A DNA stretch of 64,000 nt from a bacterium (lineage in GTDB: Bacteria > Patescibacteriota > UBA1384 > VFKW01), in the NCBI GenBank assembly GCA_030647355.1, contig JAUSIS010000013.1:48353-112352 (forward strand), written 5' to 3'. Positions 19,129 through 29,225 of this stretch are shown one piece after another; position 1 is the stretch's first letter, and each line of letters opens with the position of its first letter. Position numbers and translations under genes: made by a program. The notes under the pieces were generated by a model. It worked only from the letters and a program-made list of their open reading frames with translations, was not told the origin of the DNA and ran no database searches.

Positions 19129-20325
19129 ATGCCAGCATTTCAATATACTGCACTAAATAAAGGAAAAAAAGAAACAGGTTCTATCGAGGCCGGCACCGAA
19201 GCCGAAGCCATTAAAATTCTTCGAGAAAAACACCTTCTTATCACCGATATTCACTCCCAAAAATCCGCTGGATTTTCCCTGCATCTCGCTCGATCCGTAC
19301 CAATGAAAGAAAAAATAATTTTTACCAGACAGTTATCTTTTATGATTAAAGCCGGTATGCCTGTCGTACAGGCACTAACTGCCTTAAAAGAACAAACCGA
19401 AAGCCCAATTCTCAAAACCGCTCTAGAGAAAATCATGCAAGAAGTAAAAGGCGGTGAACCTTTATCATCATCACTTGCCAAGTATCCTAAGATTTTTAAC
19501 CCAACCTATATTAGTGTGGTAGCAAGTGGTGAAAAAAGCGGAAAATTAGAAGAAGTCTTAAATAACCTTGCCGATCAACAAGAAAAAGATTTTGATCTTA
19601 TATCAAAAGTAAAAAGCGCCATGATCTATCCCCTAGTCATCCTTATTGCATTATTAGGAGTGATGTTCTTGATAGTCTTCTATATAATGCCTCAACTGGA
19701 ATCGGTCTTTAAAGATTTTGGCGGAGAGCTGCCTGCTTCAACCAAATTTCTCATGTCCCTAAGCAGTAATTTACGCAAATATTTCTATATTTACTTTTCA
19801 ATAATTATTCTCCTAATTGTTTTCTCTAAACAATTTACCAAGTACCCTCGAATTCGTCTCTGGGTAGATAAATTAAGAATTAGTCTGCCGATCTTAGGCA
19901 TGATGAACAAAAAAATATATATGGCGCGTTTCACTCATACCCTATCAATGCTCATCTCCGCGGGCCTCCCCGTGCTAGAAGCAATAAAAATATCAGGTGA
20001 AGTAGTAAATAATTCAGTCTACCAGAAATCATTCAATGATCTATTCAAAGGAGTCGAAGGAGGCGTTCCCTTCTCCGAATTGCTAAAAAAAGACAAAAAT
20101 TTCCCTCCCATGCTCGGTCATATGTGTAGCATTGGCGAGCAATCAGGCAATTTGGATTATGTGCTATCCCAAATTGCCAGCTTCTACGAAAAAGAGGTCG
20201 AAACAATCACCCGCAATCTTTCTACTCTTATTGAACCAATCCTAATGATACTTATGGGTATAGGAGTTGCCTTCGTCGTACTTTCTGTACTTGGACCGAT
20301 AAATAGTATCACAAATAATATTTAA
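19129..20325 (+). CDS. pilC: type IV pilus platform protein PilC/GspF
   Basis: FTRQLS, GEKSGKL, AMIYP, GEQSGNL, LIEP. Confidence 0.93.
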   Translation: MPAFQYTALNKGKKETGSIEAGTEAEAIKILREKHLLITDIHSQKSAGFSLHLARSVPMKEKIIFTRQLSFMIKAGMPVVQALTALKEQTESPILKTALEKIMQEVKGGEPLSSSLAKYPKIFNPTYISVVASGEKSGKLEEVLNNLADQQEKDFDLISKVKSAMIYPLVILIALLGVMFLIVFYIMPQLESVFKDFGGELPASTKFLMSLSSNLRKYFYIYFSIIILLIVFSKQFTKYPRIRLWVDKLRISLPILGMMNKKIYMARFTHTLSMLISAGLPVLEAIKISGEVVNNSVYQKSFNDLFKGVEGGVPFSELLKKDKNFPPMLGHMCSIGEQSGNLDYVLSQIASFYEKEVETITRNLSTLIEPILMILMGIGVAFVVLSVLGPINSITNNI

Positions 20326-20326
20326 T

Positions 20327-20713
20327 ATGATTAAAAAACACCAAAATGGATTCACAATTATGGAAGTGCTTATTGCCATCTTCGTCATTGGAACTGGTCT
20401 GCTTACTGTATACTCAATGTTCATTCTATCAAGCACAATTATTGGACGCTCACATAGGACAAATCAAGCATATTTGGTAGCCAATAGAGCAATCGAGCAG
20501 CTGCGCGCCCAACCATTCAGCTCTCTTGCTAATGGAGTTACGACCGAGACTGTTCCAGAACTGCCTAGTGCCTCGCTCACCAGAACGATCAGTTCCTATA
20601 ACTCCGACTCAAATCTGAAGCAAATAGACATCAGTGTTATCTGGCAGGACAAAGGGCAACCCAAGAATATTGACATAGTATCCCTCGCAACACCGCGGGG
20701 TATAAATAACTAA
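20327..20713 (+). CDS. prepilin-type minor pilin (PilV-like)
   Basis: Class III signal GFTIMEVLIAI. Confidence 0.85.
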   Translation: MIKKHQNGFTIMEVLIAIFVIGTGLLTVYSMFILSSTIIGRSHRTNQAYLVANRAIEQLRAQPFSSLANGVTTETVPELPSASLTRTISSYNSDSNLKQIDISVIWQDKGQPKNIDIVSLATPRGINN

Positions 20714-20721
20714 GGACTTAA

Positions 20722-21285
20722 ATGTTAAAGAAAAAATCTGGTTTTACTCTAGTTGAAATATTAATAGTCATCGCCTTAACATCCATTCTCATGGGAGTCA
20801 TGTTTACAATTTACCAAAATAACAATCGTTCATATATTATAGTTACAGCGAAAAGTGATCTATATAGAGCAAACCTAAGAACTCTTGATAAAATCAGAGG
20901 AGATATCAAAAAATCAAGCCAACTCCTGGCCAACTACGACACCTACTCAACCAGTACAAACTCAATAATATTACAAATGCCACGGCTTGATGTAAGCCAA
21001 GCTCCCATTGTAAACACTTATAACTACGTTGTATATCGTCTCAACCCGAGCAACTCTCGCAATTTAGAACGAATTGAGATCATTGATTCTGTCACAACAA
21101 CCCAGACATTAAACCAAAAAGTATCCTCGATTAGTTTTACCCCAAAAGACAACCTCAGCAACAATATTACAGCTAATATAGAGAACACCTCGCAAATTGC
21201 CGTCGTCTTAGTGTTAAGCGACATCTCTAGAAACCTCGCCATCAACTCCCAGTTAAGTTCCAACGAAACCATGAGGAATAAATAA
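20722..21285 (+). CDS. prepilin-type minor pilin (PilW-like)
   Basis: KKSGFTLVEILIV. Confidence 0.85.
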   Translation: MLKKKSGFTLVEILIVIALTSILMGVMFTIYQNNNRSYIIVTAKSDLYRANLRTLDKIRGDIKKSSQLLANYDTYSTSTNSIILQMPRLDVSQAPIVNTYNYVVYRLNPSNSRNLERIEIIDSVTTTQTLNQKVSSISFTPKDNLSNNITANIENTSQIAVVLVLSDISRNLAINSQLSSNETMRNK

Positions 21286-23162
21286 TGACTGCCTTAAAAA
21301 TGATCAGACAGCAAAATCGCCAAAAAGGACAAGCCCTGCTGATGGCTATCACCATTCTCGGCATTATGTTAGTCGTCGCTACTGCCGTTCTTTCCTATAG
21401 CGAACAGAGTATCCGCGAAACCCGCCATAGTTACAGAACCACAATGGCTCTCTCTCTTGCCGAAGCCGGGATAGACTATGGTATAAGACAACTAAACCTG
21501 GACTCTGATTTTACCGGAACATCTACACCAATCCAGCTAGGCGCAGGCGAATTCGAGGTCAGCATCTCTGGTAGCGGAATTACCCGCGAGCTCACCTCGT
21601 CTGCTTACATACCGCAAAAAACGAGTTACCAAGTAAGAAAACGACTTCGCGCTGATATAAATGTCAATAATATTAATATCCACTTTCCATATGGAGTACA
21701 AGCCGGAGAAGGCGGAGTATATATGGCTCCCAATAGTAAAATAATCGGCGATATTTATTCAAACGGTTCGGTCGAGGGTACTACGGGCAACAGCATCACC
21801 GGAACAGCCATCGTTGCCAACGATAGCAATTTACTCACCCCCATAGAGTGGACAACCTATAATAATGACTTCACTTTTGGTCAAACTTCACCAGTAATTG
21901 ACATTGCTCAAAGCTTTACCTCGATAAGCACTGAAACAATAAACAAAATCTCGCTATATCTTAAGAAAGTGGGTAACCCATCAGATATAGCAATCCGTGT
22001 TTTCCCCGATCTTGGCAATCGCCCACTAAGATCTACTTTGGTAGCCAGCGGTACTTTGTCATCTGCTGGGATTACAACAACCTACAGCTGGGCAGAGACA
22101 TCTATTAATAATAATCTCCCCATGGTAGCTGGCTTAAAATACTGGATAGTTATTGATAGCGCATCGGATTCAAATAACTATTGGCAGATCGGCACGGATA
22201 GTAGCGATGGATATATTGGCAACTCTGGCATGACCAGCCCAAACTGGGACAAAAACCCAACGCCAACATGGAATGATCTAAATCAAGATTTTAATTTCCG
22301 AGTTTTTCTTGGCAACTCCGGAACCTACATTAAAAATGTTGATGTCACAGATGATGCTTATGCTCACCTTTTTAGCGATGGTGATGTTGGTAGAGACTTC
22401 TTCGGCTACCAATTCACCGGCGGATCATCGAATCACGATGTCGGCCGCGATGCCCACGCCAAAGAGCTCTCATTGTGTCATGTCAAAGGTGACGCTTATG
22501 CTGATAATAACCTATGCTGGGTAGACGGCAACCTCTATCCCGGCTCCGGAGAACCGGATCGTTCTCCCGCTAACTTCCCGATTACCGCTGCCAACATCGA
22601 AGATTTCAAAACAAATGCATCAGTAGCTACATATAGCGGCAATTATACCCCGCCGACTTCTCCGGCAAACCTCGGACCGATTCGTATCAATGGAGATCTT
22701 AATCTTATTAACAGCCAATACATTAATATCACAGGTACCGTTTACGTCACAGGAAAAATAAATTTTGCCAATAATAATGTGATCGCCCTAGATCCGGGTT
22801 ATGGCACATCGTCGGGAATTATTATCACTGACCAGCCAGCCACCATTGCCAACAATGTCACATTCCAGGGAAGCGGCCAGCCAAATACCTATGTCCTTGT
22901 AATCTCAACCAGTAATTCGACCGATCCGGCTAATCCAGCTTTGGATATAAGACAGAACGTCAATGCAGCCATTCTTTTTGCCCCAACTGGACTTGTATAT
23001 CTGGCAAATAATGTTGAGATTAAAGAGACAACCGGATATAAATTATATCTTAACAACAATGCCAGGGTAACCTACGAATTGGGTCTGGAAAATGTCCTAT
23101 TTTCCACCGGTCCAGCCGGCGGCTGGCGGATGAAACCCGGCACTTGGCGAGAAATAACATGA
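21285..23162 (+). CDS. PilX-like pilin with large beta-rich C-terminal adhesin region
   Basis: KGQALLMA (no Glu5), ALSLAEAGIDYG, C-terminal WRE. Confidence 0.8.
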   Translation: MTALKMIRQQNRQKGQALLMAITILGIMLVVATAVLSYSEQSIRETRHSYRTTMALSLAEAGIDYGIRQLNLDSDFTGTSTPIQLGAGEFEVSISGSGITRELTSSAYIPQKTSYQVRKRLRADINVNNINIHFPYGVQAGEGGVYMAPNSKIIGDIYSNGSVEGTTGNSITGTAIVANDSNLLTPIEWTTYNNDFTFGQTSPVIDIAQSFTSISTETINKISLYLKKVGNPSDIAIRVFPDLGNRPLRSTLVASGTLSSAGITTTYSWAETSINNNLPMVAGLKYWIVIDSASDSNNYWQIGTDSSDGYIGNSGMTSPNWDKNPTPTWNDLNQDFNFRVFLGNSGTYIKNVDVTDDAYAHLFSDGDVGRDFFGYQFTGGSSNHDVGRDAHAKELSLCHVKGDAYADNNLCWVDGNLYPGSGEPDRSPANFPITAANIEDFKTNASVATYSGNYTPPTSPANLGPIRINGDLNLINSQYINITGTVYVTGKINFANNNVIALDPGYGTSSGIIITDQPATIANNVTFQGSGQPNTYVLVISTSNSTDPANPALDIRQNVNAAILFAPTGLVYLANNVEIKETTGYKLYLNNNARVTYELGLENVLFSTGPAGGWRMKPGTWREIT

Positions 23163-23228
23163 CCGATCAATTACTTGATACTCAAGGCATGATACTATAT
23201 ACTAAGTACAGATACAGGAGGAGGGGCT

Positions 23229-24419
23229 TTGTTTTCTAATTTATTCAATAATCCTGCTTTAACTTTCGGCCTTGATATAGGTTACGATTCCTTGAAAGTC
23301 GTCCAGCTCAAAAAAACTGCTGGCGGTATTTGTTTGAAAGGTTTCAATTCTATTCCCCTTCCCTTCAACTCATTTACAAAAGACGGTATCACCAATCCCG
23401 AGCAAATAACCAGAGCCCTGAAGCAAGCTATGGATGAAGCCGAACCTCAAAGTATAAAATCAAAATATGCTATTACCTCACTACAGGAATCCATCGTTTT
23501 TTCTAAGATTGTCAATTTTCCGAAAGTCAAACAAAGCGATCTCGAAAATAGCATCAGGTATGAAATTGGTGAGATATTCCCTGTCCCAGTCGAAGAACTT
23601 TACTATGATTGGCAATTAATCAATGAACATGCCCAGGGTAATATGAAAGCTCCAGACATTACTAAGCAACCGGATGTAGAAAAACAAGAAGAGAAAGAAA
23701 AAGACAAAAAGTCAGAGAATAACAAAGACCAAAAAGAACCTAATCCAACTAATGAAGAGGAAATGGAACCGCAATTAGAAATTTTGGTCGCCGGAACACC
23801 CAAAAATATAGTTGATCAGTATCAAAAGATTTTAAATGAATGCGGCATCACAATATCAGCTCTAGAGACCAAATCAATCTCGTCAGCCAGAGCTACCTTA
23901 GATCCTTTTGAAAAGAAAGGCATATTGATTGTTGATATAGGAGCCGAAAGCACTAATCTCTCTATTTTTGATGAAGGCATCATTCGTTTCACTGGTACGG
24001 TAAAATGTGGCGGCAATGTCACCACGCGAGCTCTTTCGGGACTTGCCACTCTACCCGAAGATAGTAAAGAAAAACATACACTTATCCAAAATATAGATAC
24101 TAACCTAAATAACGAATTTGCCAAGAAAAAAGACCTGATAATCAAAAGTCTTCTGCCAATAACCCAAGAAATTAACCAAGCGATTAAATTTTACCAGAAC
24201 CGAGTCGGTAAAGTGGATAAATTAAACAGAATTACTATAACCGGCGGAGGTGCCAATATTCCCCATATTGCCGATATCATCGAAGAGCATACTGGTTTTA
24301 CCTGTGGAATAGCCAATCCTTTCACCAATATCAAACAGCCAAAAGATCAGTCATTAACTGCCTTCAGTCCATATACTGTAGCAATCGGTTGCGCTTTACG
24401 AAGCTTTATGGAGAACTAA
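23229..24419 (+). CDS. pilM: type IV pilus alignment protein PilM
   Basis: GLDIGYDSLKVVQL, VDIGAEST, TGGGA, ANPF, AIGCALR. Confidence 0.9.
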   Translation: MFSNLFNNPALTFGLDIGYDSLKVVQLKKTAGGICLKGFNSIPLPFNSFTKDGITNPEQITRALKQAMDEAEPQSIKSKYAITSLQESIVFSKIVNFPKVKQSDLENSIRYEIGEIFPVPVEELYYDWQLINEHAQGNMKAPDITKQPDVEKQEEKEKDKKSENNKDQKEPNPTNEEEMEPQLEILVAGTPKNIVDQYQKILNECGITISALETKSISSARATLDPFEKKGILIVDIGAESTNLSIFDEGIIRFTGTVKCGGNVTTRALSGLATLPEDSKEKHTLIQNIDTNLNNEFAKKKDLIIKSLLPITQEINQAIKFYQNRVGKVDKLNRITITGGGANIPHIADIIEEHTGFTCGIANPFTNIKQPKDQSLTAFSPYTVAIGCALRSFMEN

Positions 24420-24976
24420 TGCTAATTACTATCAATCTTCTGCCGCCAGAGCAAAGAAATAAAAAGACAGAGATTAAAAAAGGTGAAAAAATCTTTACCC
24501 TCAGTTTTACTATACTGGCGTGCACCGTAGCACTCTCAATTCTCTTATTTACATACAATACAACGATTAAACAGCAGCTTAACACGATTAACAGCCAAAT
24601 TTCCAGTGAAAATAGCAGACTCAATGATTACAAAGGCCTCCGTACTTCGCTAAATAACATGTCAAATACACTCATTTATATTGATACCATTGAGAAAAAG
24701 AGCATCAATTTAGAGAGTTTCCTGACACAATTCAGCAGTATAATACCTGAAAAAGCCCAAGTTACTTCGTTAGAGATCAGCGCCCTCCCCTCCCCTACCA
24801 TAGATATTTCCGGGAAAGCCGAATCTCGTACTGAAGTAATAAAATTATTTGAAAAAATGAAAACATCGCCTTTCTTCTCCGAACCGGAAATTAAAAGCCT
24901 GGACAAATCTGTAGATAAGGACGTAGCTAGTTTCCAATTTTCTATTTCTGCGAAAATTCTTCTGGAGAAATTATGA
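24419..24976 (+). CDS. pilN: PilN domain protein
   Basis: INLLP motif, TM helix and coiled coil; follows pilM. Confidence 0.82.
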   Translation: MLITINLLPPEQRNKKTEIKKGEKIFTLSFTILACTVALSILLFTYNTTIKQQLNTINSQISSENSRLNDYKGLRTSLNNMSNTLIYIDTIEKKSINLESFLTQFSSIIPEKAQVTSLEISALPSPTIDISGKAESRTEVIKLFEKMKTSPFFSEPEIKSLDKSVDKDVASFQFSISAKILLEKL

Positions 24977-25674
24977 CTAGTTCAAAAAAATCAACAATTA
25001 TAATATTAACCCTAACCAGTCTAATAATACTGGCTGCCATTTACTTTTTCATTTTACCTACCTGGCAGAATTACACCAAAACCACAAAAGAAATTGCCCA
25101 AAAAGACACCGAGCTTACTCAAATTAAAAGGGAAGTTGTAACTTACTCGAAGCTAGCCAAGCAGAAAGATCAAATAGCGCTTTATTCACAAAAAACCAGT
25201 AATCTGGTACCTGCAGAACCAGAACTGGAAACCTTTATGGTCGAACTAGAAGCGCTAATCGCGCAAAGTAAAATACCTCAAGCAGAGTTCCATTTAGCTA
25301 GTCTAACCGCCGGAACCACAACCACTAACAATCCATCAGTCCTGCAGGATACCAAAAATTACCAGATCATTATAACAGGGACTAGCTCACTAGCCAACAT
25401 TATCAATTTTACTAACCAACTCAAAACCTTATCCCGCTTAACCGAAACGACCGCCCTTGATATAAATACTACAGACAAAAATGATTCTATTGGTTTTTCT
25501 TTAACTGGCAATATCTTTTCCGAGGAAAAAAAGCCATCCGGTAAACTTCTAAATCCTTCCAAGATTCTTAGCGAGGCGATCGCCAAGATAACTGACTATC
25601 AAACATATGGCCAAAATATCGAAGTACAAAAAGAAGAAGGATTCGGCAGACCCAATCCCTTCACCTCATACTAG
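24973..25674 (+). CDS. pilO: PilO-like protein
   Basis: N-terminal TM, coiled coil, position after pilN; ends GRPNPF. Confidence 0.7.
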   Translation: MTSSKKSTIIILTLTSLIILAAIYFFILPTWQNYTKTTKEIAQKDTELTQIKREVVTYSKLAKQKDQIALYSQKTSNLVPAEPELETFMVELEALIAQSKIPQAEFHLASLTAGTTTTNNPSVLQDTKNYQIIITGTSSLANIINFTNQLKTLSRLTETTALDINTTDKNDSIGFSLTGNIFSEEKKPSGKLLNPSKILSEAIAKITDYQTYGQNIEVQKEEGFGRPNPFTSY

Positions 25675-25807
25675 CTATTTAACTATATCAAGCAAACGAA
25701 AAAACCACCCGGAACCTGTTCAGATACTATTCTAGGAGCGAATCGGGACAGTTTAAGCCGAAAACTGTTATAGCAATACTGTCTTGCCTGTTCCACCACA
25801 GGCGTGG

Positions 25808-25886
25808 GTCATTGCGAGGAGCGTAAGCGACGTGGCAATCTATTTTTCCCATAAAAGATTGCTTCGCGCCATCAACTCGCAATGAC
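25808..25886. repeat. REP/RPE-like palindromic element
   Basis: GTCATTGCGAG...GCAATCT...AGATTGC...CTCGCAATGAC nested inverted repeats; a related GTCATTCCGG hairpin at 25920-25943. Confidence 0.7.
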
Positions 25887-25970
25887 TAAAAATAGAAGCC
25901 ATCGAAAACTCCTAAAATCGTCATTCCGGGCTTGATCCGGAATTTATTATATCTATAAAGAAAAAACCGC

Positions 25971-26360
25971 CTACATGGCGGTTTTTTCTAAAGCAGCTTT
26001 TATCTTTTCTATTACCTCGCCCGGCATCGTCTCCGATTTCACTATATAATCATCGGCTCCGCTGGAAAGACCCTTCGCCTTATCAATATCTTGAATTAAT
26101 GCCGTGAGCAGCAAGACCGGTATATCCTTTGTTTCCTCATCGCCCTTTAGCATTTTTAACACATCTAACCCGTTTATTTTTGGCATCATAATGTCGAGCA
26201 AAATAACATTTGGATGTTCAGTCTTCGCCTTCTCTATCGCTTCCTCTCCATCTTTCGCCGAATCAACAGTAAATCCCTCCATTTTCAATCTTTCAACATA
26301 CATCTCTCGAAGTGTTAAGTCATCATCTACAATTAAAATTGATTTACCTGAATCCGCCAT
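25971..26360 (-). CDS. single-domain response regulator
   Basis: ILIVDDD, LLDIMMP, T, GADDYIVK. Confidence 0.93.
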   Translation of the reverse strand: MADSGKSILIVDDDLTLREMYVERLKMEGFTVDSAKDGEEAIEKAKTEHPNVILLDIMMPKINGLDVLKMLKGDEETKDIPVLLLTALIQDIDKAKGLSSGADDYIVKSETMPGEVIEKIKAALEKTAM

Positions 26361-26448
26361 GGTTCCTCCATATATTTTTTCGTTACAAACTGATATATAT
26401 ACCCATAAATCAGCCCGAACTTCTTATTACAGTCTCAATGTATCACTT

Positions 26449-26853
26449 TTAAAAATTATGTGCAACACTGGCCGCATCAAGAGCCACTTTCACCTTCTGC
26501 ACAACCTCTTTAGGCATTGTTTCTGATTTTATAATAAAATCATCCGCTCCCGCTTCCAAACCTACTGTACGATCCCTGCCCTGACTCAAAGCCGTCAAGA
26601 TAAAAATGGGAATAGTTCTCGTCTCTTTCTGGTGTCGCAAATATTTCAGCACTTCAATCCCATTCATCTCAGGCATCATAATGTCAAGCAGAATTAGATC
26701 GGGCTTGAATCGCGGAATATCCTCTAGCGCAACTTTCCCGTTTTCCGCCCGCATTACATCAAAATCCTCTGCCTTCAGGCGGATGGCATACATTTCAGCC
26801 AGCGTCTCGTCGTCCTCTACCAACATGACTCTTTTGTGTGCTTGCGGCCTCAT
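26449..26853 (-). CDS. single-domain response regulator (paralog of neighbour)
   Basis: LVEDD, LLDIMMP, GADDFIIKSETMP. Confidence 0.93.
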   Translation of the reverse strand: MRPQAHKRVMLVEDDETLAEMYAIRLKAEDFDVMRAENGKVALEDIPRFKPDLILLDIMMPEMNGIEVLKYLRHQKETRTIPIFILTALSQGRDRTVGLEAGADDFIIKSETMPKEVVQKVKVALDAASVAHNF

Positions 26854-26866
26854 AATTTCTCCTTTT

Positions 26867-29203
26867 TTATTTTACTTGCTTAAGATAACTTTCCATCGGA
26901 TTCTTCACATCAATCTTATCAGCATCACTTGTCGTCGGCTTGGTTAGAACCGCCCCTTCCCCCTCAAAAGGATCGGCTGGTTTTTGGGAAACTATCGGCA
27001 AAGTGAATTTGAAAATTGCACCCTTACCTCCGCCAGCTGGTGGACTCTCAATCCATATTTTACCACTATGCAGCTCCACCAGTTTCTTGCTGATATAAAG
27101 CCCCAAGCCCGACCCCTGAAATTCGTTTTTTTCGCGATTGAGCTGGCTGAATTTTTTAAATAGTTTATCGGCATCCTCTTGCTTTATCCCCACACCCGTA
27201 TCCGATACTGTAAATTCGAGCGACCTGCCGTCAACCTTCGCCTCAATAGTCACTCCGCCTTTTTCCGTGAACTTGATCGCATTGCCTGCCAAATTAACTA
27301 AAACTTCGCGAATCCTATTTATGTCTATCCAAGTTTGCGGCAATTTATGCTCCGGCTTCTCAAATTTCAAATAAATCTTCTTCGCATTTGATTTTACGCT
27401 CAATTCATCAATAACGCTCTGAACCAATTCCTCCGGACCTATTTCTCCGTACATCAAATGAATTCTCCCCTGCTCGATTCTGGAGACATTTAAAAGATCG
27501 AGTATCAAAACCGCCAACCGTTTGCTGGATGCATAAACTCTATCCAAATATTCTTTGGCCGTAGCGTCAACTTTGCCCATTCCTTCATCCAAAATCATGC
27601 TTAAATAGCCCTGTATTGCCGCCAAAGGCGTATTCATCTCATGACTGGCAACCGAGATAAATTCGTCTTTCATCTGATCCAAATCCTTCAAGTAATCGTT
27701 CGCCTTCTTTAAATTTTCATACGCTATCGCTCTCTGGACAGCCAAGCTTACTTCGTTCGAAATGGCTGCCATCATACTGATCGCTTCGGTGGCAATATCC
27801 TCGATTGGATGTTTCAATCCATAAATGGCCACTCCGAATCTCTCATCCTTAGCTGATAACGGGATGGCAATCAGTCCTTTTATATCACTTTTTGTTTGAA
27901 GTTCCCTAGCTAGAGTCTTATCAAGCGGCGGCGACACAAAATCCGATAGGTTATTCCCCTTCTGTTCCTTTTGACTATGGTACGCCATCATAAGTAAGTT
28001 TTCACGGTTTTTCAGAGGAATGGCAGTCGAACGCACCACTTCCTTCCACTTATCCAAAAGCCCATCAGATAAATTAGTCTCGGACAGGGCATACCCCTTC
28101 ATCTTCTCACTCTCCTGGTCAACCAACGCCACTACCACTCCCATACATTCATCGATCTCCTTAGGAATGGTATTGATAATTTGCTGAATCATCGGCTTCA
28201 TCTCATTATTATCGAGGACTATATCAGAAAATTTCTGCAAAGTTGATAGATTTTTATTTCGCTCGTCAACTTCCTTGAGCGCCCTCTCCCTCTCCTTTGC
28301 CAGCGTCTCCATCTCCTCCCGCTGCTTGATTTCTTTTCTAACACTTCTTATCAACGAAAAACCACCAAATACCGCCAATAACCAGACAATACTCTTAAGC
28401 ATTCCCTCACCAACCGAATTAGATAAAAATACTTCGATCAAAAGACCAAGTGAAAGTAAGATTACTATAGTCTCGGTTGTAACTACTTTAATATCAAACA
28501 AACCTGTTTTTATTATACCGTAAGCTATAAATCCAACGAAAAATATTATTGAATAATTACCAATACGATAGAGCGACTGGTTATCTAGAATAATTGGAAT
28601 AGTGGTATTAAATAAGACCTCAAGAAGAACGAATATCCCAAAACCCAATAATAAGTATTTTAATTGAAGCTTTTTTATACCATAAGTATTAAAATAATTT
28701 CTCACGAAGATTATTAAAGAGGTTAGTAGTAAAATTAGTGAAAAAGGTAGAAATATTTGAAAATAAGCATTACTGGTGATTACATCAAAACCCCATTGAG
28801 TGTGCTTAATCCCCGTTGCAAAAAAAGAAGTAAAAACCGTAACTATAAATAAAATCGTGGCACAAATCAAAATGAATAAATTAAGAAGATTCACATAACG
28901 CGAAAGCTTAATATGAAATGGATAAACTAAAGAAAAGAAGTATAAAGTTATACACATCCCAACAACCGAACCAAAAGTAATTCTACTTAACAATAGCGTT
29001 ACCCACTCGTTTGTATTTACAAAAAACTCAGAAACATAGGCAGAAGAAACTATCAAACATGAAAATAAAGCAAATCCAATAAAATATTTATTAGCAATAT
29101 CTTTGGGATCTTTTAAATATACTACTAATCCTAAAAAGATACATGTGATACAAATAATTAATACACCAATTGATTCCATGTTCAGTAGTAATCCGGAAAT
29201 CAT
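26867..29203 (-). CDS. sensor histidine kinase: multi-TM (7TM-like) sensor + GAF-like + HisKA + HATPase
   Basis: ASHEMNTPL, NLAGNAIKF, DTGVGI, GSGLGL; hydrophobic N-terminal ~290 aa. Confidence 0.92.
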   Translation of the reverse strand: MISGLLLNMESIGVLIICITCIFLGLVVYLKDPKDIANKYFIGFALFSCLIVSSAYVSEFFVNTNEWVTLLLSRITFGSVVGMCITLYFFSLVYPFHIKLSRYVNLLNLFILICATILFIVTVFTSFFATGIKHTQWGFDVITSNAYFQIFLPFSLILLLTSLIIFVRNYFNTYGIKKLQLKYLLLGFGIFVLLEVLFNTTIPIILDNQSLYRIGNYSIIFFVGFIAYGIIKTGLFDIKVVTTETIVILLSLGLLIEVFLSNSVGEGMLKSIVWLLAVFGGFSLIRSVRKEIKQREEMETLAKERERALKEVDERNKNLSTLQKFSDIVLDNNEMKPMIQQIINTIPKEIDECMGVVVALVDQESEKMKGYALSETNLSDGLLDKWKEVVRSTAIPLKNRENLLMMAYHSQKEQKGNNLSDFVSPPLDKTLARELQTKSDIKGLIAIPLSAKDERFGVAIYGLKHPIEDIATEAISMMAAISNEVSLAVQRAIAYENLKKANDYLKDLDQMKDEFISVASHEMNTPLAAIQGYLSMILDEGMGKVDATAKEYLDRVYASSKRLAVLILDLLNVSRIEQGRIHLMYGEIGPEELVQSVIDELSVKSNAKKIYLKFEKPEHKLPQTWIDINRIREVLVNLAGNAIKFTEKGGVTIEAKVDGRSLEFTVSDTGVGIKQEDADKLFKKFSQLNREKNEFQGSGLGLYISKKLVELHSGKIWIESPPAGGGKGAIFKFTLPIVSQKPADPFEGEGAVLTKPTTSDADKIDVKNPMESYLKQVK

Positions 29204-29225
29204 TTTCCCCTCGCTTTATTGATTT